Positions 58,899 through 64,000 of a stretch of 64,000 nucleotides of DNA are shown piece after piece. The notes under the pieces were generated by a model. The model was not told the origin of the DNA. It was given only the letters and a program-made list of their open reading frames with translations, and ran no database searches. The stretch is from an uncultured bacterium (lineage in GTDB: Bacteria > Planctomycetota > UBA1135 > GCA-002686595), in NCBI GenBank assembly GCA_943787795.1, contig CALSNU010000001.1:480001-544000 (forward strand), in the 5' to 3' direction. The translations under genes and the position numbers were made by a program. Numbering within the stretch: position 1 is the stretch's first letter; each line of letters starts with the position of its first letter.

Positions 58899-60001
58899 GA
58901 GCTCCGGGACTCCCGCCGCCAGGTGCCGAGGGAGGAGCGAGCTAGCGAGAATCCAGTCAGCACCGCGCCCGCCGCTGCGGCCGTCAGGGCCGGGCTGACG
59001 GGCCGTGGGCTCCGCCCCTCGGAGATGGCGTCGAGGGCCGCCGCCAGGGACGCTCCTCCAGGAAGGACCCCCTCCATCTCGATGGACGTGAGTGCCATGC
59101 GAGCCGCCAGCCACAGCGCGAGCGCCAGGGTGGCGGCGATGCCGGGGCCCATCCAGGCGCCCAGTCCGAAGGCGAGGGCTGCGAGGAAGACCAGGTGCAG
59201 GCAAACGTGGCCCGCGAGGCGCAGGTGCCCGCCGCCGGTCGCGCTGGAGAGGCGCCACGCCTCGACCGGCCGGGGGCCCATCACTGCGAGCGCGCCGCTG
59301 CCGATGTTGGTGACGGACACCGCGCCTGCGCTCCGGGAGGGGCTCACCTCGAGCCAGGTGCGCCGCGCGACCAGCTGCTCGGATACCTGGTCGGCCGACT
59401 CGATCCGGGCCGACGTGGTGGCCCCTTCGGCCCCGAGCGCCGGCGCCACCCGGATCCGCACCCGTGTGTCAGGACCAATGGCGCCGTCGGGCAACTCCTG
59501 CTCGAAGCGCTCGCCAGGCATGAGCAGCAAGGAGCGGCTAGGACCCGCGATCGAGGCCAACTCCAGAAGCGGGGCCGGGGTCGCGTGGTCACCGAGCGGT
59601 GCGTCCGGGCCTCCGCCCAGGGCCCCGGCGACGAGCCCGATCACCACGGAGAATCCAGCCGCCCCTGTGAGGATGCCCGCCAGGCAGGTCCGGACGATCG
59701 AGGAGCGCGACGTCCCGGTGACTCCCAGCCAGTCCCCCTCATCACGAAACCACCGGTCCGGGACTCGCGCGGCGAAGAGCGCCACGAGCACGGACGCCAC
59801 GAGGACTCCGGCCAGCCAGCCGGTGCTCGCGGCGAGGTCCTGGCCCCGGCGGATCACATCCTCGAAGGTGGGTGACACCTCGACAATCTCAGCACGTCCG
59901 GGTTGGTCGACCACGGCGAGGAGCGTGACTCCGGCGACGGCCGCGAGCGCGGGAAGCGGGGCAGCGCGTCTGGCTGAGAGACGCAGCAGCGGGAGGTTCA
60001 T
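58895..60001 (-). CDS. Multi-TM membrane protein, probable ABC permease partner
   Basis: About six hydrophobic segments with a central soluble loop. ATGA overlap with the ATPase gene. Confidence 0.65.
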   Translation of the reverse strand: MNLPLLRLSARRAAPLPALAAVAGVTLLAVVDQPGRAEIVEVSPTFEDVIRRGQDLAASTGWLAGVLVASVLVALFAARVPDRWFRDEGDWLGVTGTSRSSIVRTCLAGILTGAAGFSVVIGLVAGALGGGPDAPLGDHATPAPLLELASIAGPSRSLLLMPGERFEQELPDGAIGPDTRVRIRVAPALGAEGATTSARIESADQVSEQLVARRTWLEVSPSRSAGAVSVTNIGSGALAVMGPRPVEAWRLSSATGGGHLRLAGHVCLHLVFLAALAFGLGAWMGPGIAATLALALWLAARMALTSIEMEGVLPGGASLAAALDAISEGRSPRPVSPALTAAAAGAVLTGFSLARSSLGTWRRESRSS

Positions 60002-60894
60002 TGCTCCTCAGCTCCCCCGGCGTCTGAATCGAGGGTCCGGTAGAGCTCCTGCAAGGTCCGGTGCGCCGGTCCGGCGTCAAGGAGCTCACCACCCAGGTCC
60101 GCGGCTCGCTGCTGGAGCGCCGCGCCTTCCTCTTCAGACAGGCCGCGGACCTTCAGCTGGAGGACGTCAGGGGCGCCAAGGAGCGCGTCCGGCGGCCCCT
60201 CTCGCTGGACCTTGCCGTCGACGAGGAGGGCGAGACGATCACAGTGCTCGATGAGGTCGGAGGCCACGTGAGAGGCGAGGACGACGGTGGCGCCGCGCGA
60301 CCTAGCGGCGCCGAGCAGGTCAGCGAGGACTCCGAAGCCCGGCGCATCGAGTCCCGCGGTGGGCTCGTCGAGGAAGACCACCTCGGGGTCATCCAGGAAC
60401 GCCTGCGCCAGCCCAAAGCGGCGGTGCATTCCCCGGGAGTAGGTCCGAAGCGGCGCCTCGCCCGCGTGCGCCAGGCCCACGCGGCTCAGCATCTGCTCGA
60501 TGCGCCCACGGCGATCCGCGCGAGCCACGCCAGAGAGGGAGGCGACGAGATCGAGCACCCGCCTGGCGGAGAGTTCTGGCGGGAAGGGGGACCCGTCCGG
60601 GAGGAAGGCGAGGCGGCGGCGGACCGCCCGGGCGGTGGGGGCGTGGCCCAGGATCTCGACCCACCCCGCGCTCGGCCGGTCCACCCCGGCCAGCAGACGG
60701 AGGAGCGTCGATTTCCCGGAGCCGTTCGGGCCGACGATCCCCAGGGTCTCGCCCTGCTCGACGCGCAGATCAACCTTGTCGAGCGCCTGGCGGCGGCGCC
60801 AGCCCAGCCCGCCACGGAAGGTCCGGCTCAGCCCCGCGGCCTCGACGGCGGGCTTGGGGGGCTCGAGGAGAGGATCAAGCGTGGGGCTGGCCAT
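59998..60894 (-). CDS. ABC transporter ATP-binding protein (ABC-2 / PilH-like)
   Basis: GPNGSGKS, YSRGM, FLDEPTAGLD and SH. ATG 60894. Confidence 0.92.
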   Translation of the reverse strand: MASPTLDPLLEPPKPAVEAAGLSRTFRGGLGWRRRQALDKVDLRVEQGETLGIVGPNGSGKSTLLRLLAGVDRPSAGWVEILGHAPTARAVRRRLAFLPDGSPFPPELSARRVLDLVASLSGVARADRRGRIEQMLSRVGLAHAGEAPLRTYSRGMHRRFGLAQAFLDDPEVVFLDEPTAGLDAPGFGVLADLLGAARSRGATVVLASHVASDLIEHCDRLALLVDGKVQREGPPDALLGAPDVLQLKVRGLSEEEGAALQQRAADLGGELLDAGPAHRTLQELYRTLDSDAGGAEEQ

Positions 60895-60939
60895 GGGTTC
60901 CTGCCCGGTGGCCGGGCGACAGCCGCTACGATACGACGA

Positions 60940-61710
60940 ATGGCACGTCTTTTCGTCCTCTCCGGCGCTTCGATCGGCGCGACCCACGACATCGATGGCG
61001 CCTCCGTGCTTGGCCGCGGCGGGGATGCCGATGTCGTCATCCCCGAGCCCTCTGTCAGCAGGCTCCACGCCAGGCTCATCCCCGAGCCGGATCCCGGGGT
61101 CTGGAAGATCCGGGACCTCAAGTCTAGCAACGGGGTCCACGTCGGCGGCAAGCGGGTGGAGGAGGCGCGAGTGCGCGACGGCGAGACATTCCTGCTGGGT
61201 GATGTCGAGCTCCGGCTGCGCGATGAGCCCGAGGCAGAGGCGCCGAGGTCCTCGGCGGAGGCCTCCACGGCGACGTCTCCCCCGGAGCTCGAGTTCGAGG
61301 ACGAGCTCGTGCTGCCGGGAGCCGAAGCGGTCCCTCCGGCAGCACCCACCCCGCGGGGCGGGGACGCGCCCGGGCCGGGGCGAGCCCCGGTGAGCGGTGG
61401 AGATGACGCCGATGCGGACAGTGTGCACCTCCAGGCGGCGCGGGCTCGGGCCGCTGAGGAGCGCTCTGCGCGGCGCGCGGCAGCGCTGAACGGGCCGGCG
61501 GCAGCACCTCCCCGGGGCGACCGGCCCGGTGGTGGGGGCCAGGTCCTCCAGTACGCCCAGCACCGGGGCGGAGACGATCTCAATCAGCTGCCCGGCTGGA
61601 AGCGCTTCGTCCTCGGCCTCCTCGCGGTAGGGCTCGCCCTGGGCGTCGCCTACGGGGCCTTCGAGCTCACCAGGACGGCCCGCGAGCAGGCCGCCGCGAT
61701 CGGTGACTGA
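60940..61710 (+). CDS. FHA domain protein with a C-terminal TM helix
   Basis: LGRG, VSRLHA and DLKSSNG, then a disordered linker and TM FVLGLLAVGLALGVAYGAF. Confidence 0.9.
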   Translation: MARLFVLSGASIGATHDIDGASVLGRGGDADVVIPEPSVSRLHARLIPEPDPGVWKIRDLKSSNGVHVGGKRVEEARVRDGETFLLGDVELRLRDEPEAEAPRSSAEASTATSPPELEFEDELVLPGAEAVPPAAPTPRGGDAPGPGRAPVSGGDDADADSVHLQAARARAAEERSARRAAALNGPAAAPPRGDRPGGGGQVLQYAQHRGGDDLNQLPGWKRFVLGLLAVGLALGVAYGAFELTRTAREQAAAIGD

Positions 61711-61774
61711 GGGGGAGGGTGGGGACCCTCGCCACTGGAGGTCTCCAGCGTGGAGCTCTCCATCTCCCAAGGGC

Positions 61775-63721
61775 TCAGGTGAGGGACTCGCCGGCCTCTT
61801 CTAGCGCGCCTCTCAGGAGCTCAATGAGCCTCTGGGGGTCGATCGGCTTCGAGATGAACCCTGAGCAGCCCGACTCCATGGCGCGGCTCTTCTGCTCCGT
61901 CATCACGGATCCGGAGAGCGCGATGATGGGTCCCTTGTAGCCCAGCGACCGGAGGCTCTCGGTGGCCTCATAGCCATCGGTCACCGGCATCTGGAGGTCC
62001 ATCAAGATCATCGTGAAGGGGTCCCCGGCGGCGGTCTTCCCGCGGAATTGGCGGATCGCGTCCCTGCCGTCGACCGCCTCGACGACCTCGACGCCCGCCC
62101 TCTCGAGGATCTTCCTGCCCAGGAGCCGATTGGTCGCCACGTCGTCAACCAGGAGCACATGGACCGGTGCCGTTGGATCGCCGAGGCCGGAGGCTTCTTC
62201 GCCACCGCGCGCCTGACCTCCAGCGGTCTCGTCGGCCGCCGGGGCGGCGAGCGATACCGTGAACGTGCTCCCCTCGCCGAGCTCGCTCTCAACCTGGATG
62301 TCACCGCCCATCATCCGCGCGAGCTTGCGGCTGATGGCGAGGCCCAGCCCCGTTCCCCCGTGGCGGCGCGTATCTGACGAGTCAGCCTGCTCGAAGCTCT
62401 CGAAGATCACCGTACGCATGGAGGGGGCGATACCCGTCCCCGTGTCAGCGACGACGGCGAACAACCGCTCGGCTGCCCAGGACACGGTCACGTTCACCGA
62501 GCCGGCTTCGGTGAACTTGATGGCGTTGTTGACGAGGTTGACGAGGATCTGCCGCAGGCGGATGGGGTCGACCTCGACCAGGGCGGGGACTGAGCTGTCG
62601 CAGGAGGCGACGAAGCGGACCCCTTTGGCCACAGCCGAGGGCTTGAGCATGCTCGCGACCTGCTCGACGATGGAGGTCGGGGCGATTGAGGCGGTCTGGA
62701 TGCCCATGTGCCCGGCGTCGATCTTTGAGAGATCGAGGACGTCTTCGATCAGCTCGAGCAGGTGCTCAGCGCTGTGCCGGATGTGGTTGAGGAACTCTGC
62801 CTCTTCCGTCTCGGTGAGGCCGCCGTCACCCATCAGCGCAGAGAACCCGAGGATCGCGTTCATCGGGGTTCGCAGCTCGTGACTGGTGTTGGCCAGGAAG
62901 GCGGCCCGGGCGGCGAGCGCAGCCTGGAGCTCGCTCGTTCGGGCCAGGACCTCAGCCTCAAGGTCCTCGCGCGTCTTCTGCTGCGCCTCGATGAGCTCCT
63001 TCAGGCGCGCCCCGAGCTCGCGGAGCTCGGTCGGACCCTGTGCGGGGTCCTGGAACCTCCCGTGCTCTCGGGCCTCGATGGCCCGGCTGGCAAGCAGGCG
63101 AACAGGGCGCTCGATGGTGAAGGACATATGCCGCCAGCCGATGAGGAGGACCAGCATGAAGGCGATGGCGCTCGCCCAGGACCGGACCTTCATCTCATGC
63201 CGCTCGGTATCGGCTGCGGCTCGGCGCTGTCCGGCCACCGCCGCGAAGCTATTGCTGATTCGTTCGATGCCGCTGGTGAGCGCCATCGAGGAGGCGTCAA
63301 ACTCGTCGAACAGACTCGCCATCTTGAGCGCCCGCTCGTCCCCGGTGAAGGTCGAAGCCCTCTCGATCGCGCCCAGCATCGTGTCCAGGCTCGCTTCAAG
63401 GAGGTCACAGGTGGATTCCGAGCCCTGGGAGAGCGGGCTCGCCTTGAGCTCGACCAGCTGCTCCTTCACGGAGCCAGCCTGCTCCACCCCGAGGTTGACC
63501 AGGTAGGTCGACTCACCGGCGAGGATCAGATCGCCGGTGAACAGGAAGAAGCGAGCGGCGTCCTCGAATCGGCGCAGGCTCTCGAGCTGTGTATCGTCGT
63601 TCTTGAGCTCGTTACTCGTGTCGATCACCGTGACGGCAGCGTCGCGACCCACGAGGACGAGCCCCGCTCCCGCGAGGGCCAAGCCTGCGATTCGAATCGC
63701 GATATGACTTCCGATGCGCAC
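61775..63721 (-). CDS. Membrane hybrid histidine kinase (sensor-HAMP-like-HisKA-HATPase-REC)
   Basis: Two TM helices, [23 protein letters not shown] and LMDLQMP. Start placed at GTG 63721. Confidence 0.92.
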   Translation of the reverse strand: MRIGSHIAIRIAGLALAGAGLVLVGRDAAVTVIDTSNELKNDDTQLESLRRFEDAARFFLFTGDLILAGESTYLVNLGVEQAGSVKEQLVELKASPLSQGSESTCDLLEASLDTMLGAIERASTFTGDERALKMASLFDEFDASSMALTSGIERISNSFAAVAGQRRAAADTERHEMKVRSWASAIAFMLVLLIGWRHMSFTIERPVRLLASRAIEAREHGRFQDPAQGPTELRELGARLKELIEAQQKTREDLEAEVLARTSELQAALAARAAFLANTSHELRTPMNAILGFSALMGDGGLTETEEAEFLNHIRHSAEHLLELIEDVLDLSKIDAGHMGIQTASIAPTSIVEQVASMLKPSAVAKGVRFVASCDSSVPALVEVDPIRLRQILVNLVNNAIKFTEAGSVNVTVSWAAERLFAVVADTGTGIAPSMRTVIFESFEQADSSDTRRHGGTGLGLAISRKLARMMGGDIQVESELGEGSTFTVSLAAPAADETAGGQARGGEEASGLGDPTAPVHVLLVDDVATNRLLGRKILERAGVEVVEAVDGRDAIRQFRGKTAAGDPFTMILMDLQMPVTDGYEATESLRSLGYKGPIIALSGSVMTEQKSRAMESGCSGFISKPIDPQRLIELLRGALEEAGESLT

Positions 63722-63734
63722 GCTCTGACCTAAC

Positions 63735-64000
63735 CTACTTGCGAGTCTCCGTGAGACCGTGACTCTCGAGGGTCGTGAGCAACTCGAGGGTGGCGAGCTC
63801 CACTGGGCCCGAGCACTTCTCCAAGTCACTCGGCGACTTGTCGACCTGGCCGAGGAACAACCGCGCGACTTCCTTGGTGGGCCAGGCGCCGGGCGTCTCG
63901 AGCTTCAGGATCCTCCCCTCAAGACTCACGGCGTAGGTCAGATCAATGACGATTTCGTCCTGCCGCCAGGCGGTGGAGACGATGGTCCCGAGCGGTCGCT
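63735..64000 (-). CDS. C-terminal fragment of an unidentified protein entering from the right edge
   Basis: The frame is open from the window edge to TAG at 63735, 13 nt before the kinase start. Confidence 0.55.
   Translation of the reverse strand, partial: RPLGTIVSTAWRQDEIVIDLTYAVSLEGRILKLETPGAWPTKEVARLFLGQVDKSPSDLEKCSGPVELATLELLTTLESHGLTETRK

Overview
A very GC-rich bacterial chromosomal window, densely coding, with mostly housekeeping and metabolic genes. The gene repertoire suggests a Planctomycetota/PVC-type organism, but this is inference only; no rRNA or marker gene is present. From left to right it carries: an ECF sigma / membrane anti-sigma / TPR-CHAT-like protease triad cut by the left edge; an acyl-CoA catabolic operon; DEAD helicase-fdx-ispH; xth; a methyltransferase-coiled-coil gene converging on wzm/wzt; a second acyl-CoA operon that also holds two cyclophilins, a fused LeuD-LeuC-like aconitase and a LeuB-like dehydrogenase; a three-gene cassette of unknown exported proteins; a GTDC1-like glycosyltransferase; ferritin-like and HD genes; a tRNA-Leu gene with the rare anticodon AAG; PPi-PFK; a matrixin with a separate partner gene; two hybrid histidine kinases; rsfS with an apparent ATC start; a Na+-PPase; and a PilG/H/I-like ABC module. 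Short degenerate tandem repeats (15-19 bp) recur just downstream of several genes. I saw no CRISPR array, integrase or transposase. The best candidates for novelty are tRNA-Leu(AAG), the sigma/anti-sigma/CHAT triad, the three-gene cassette sharing a helical domain, and the WbdD-like ruler. All family calls come from motif recognition by eye, not from database searches.
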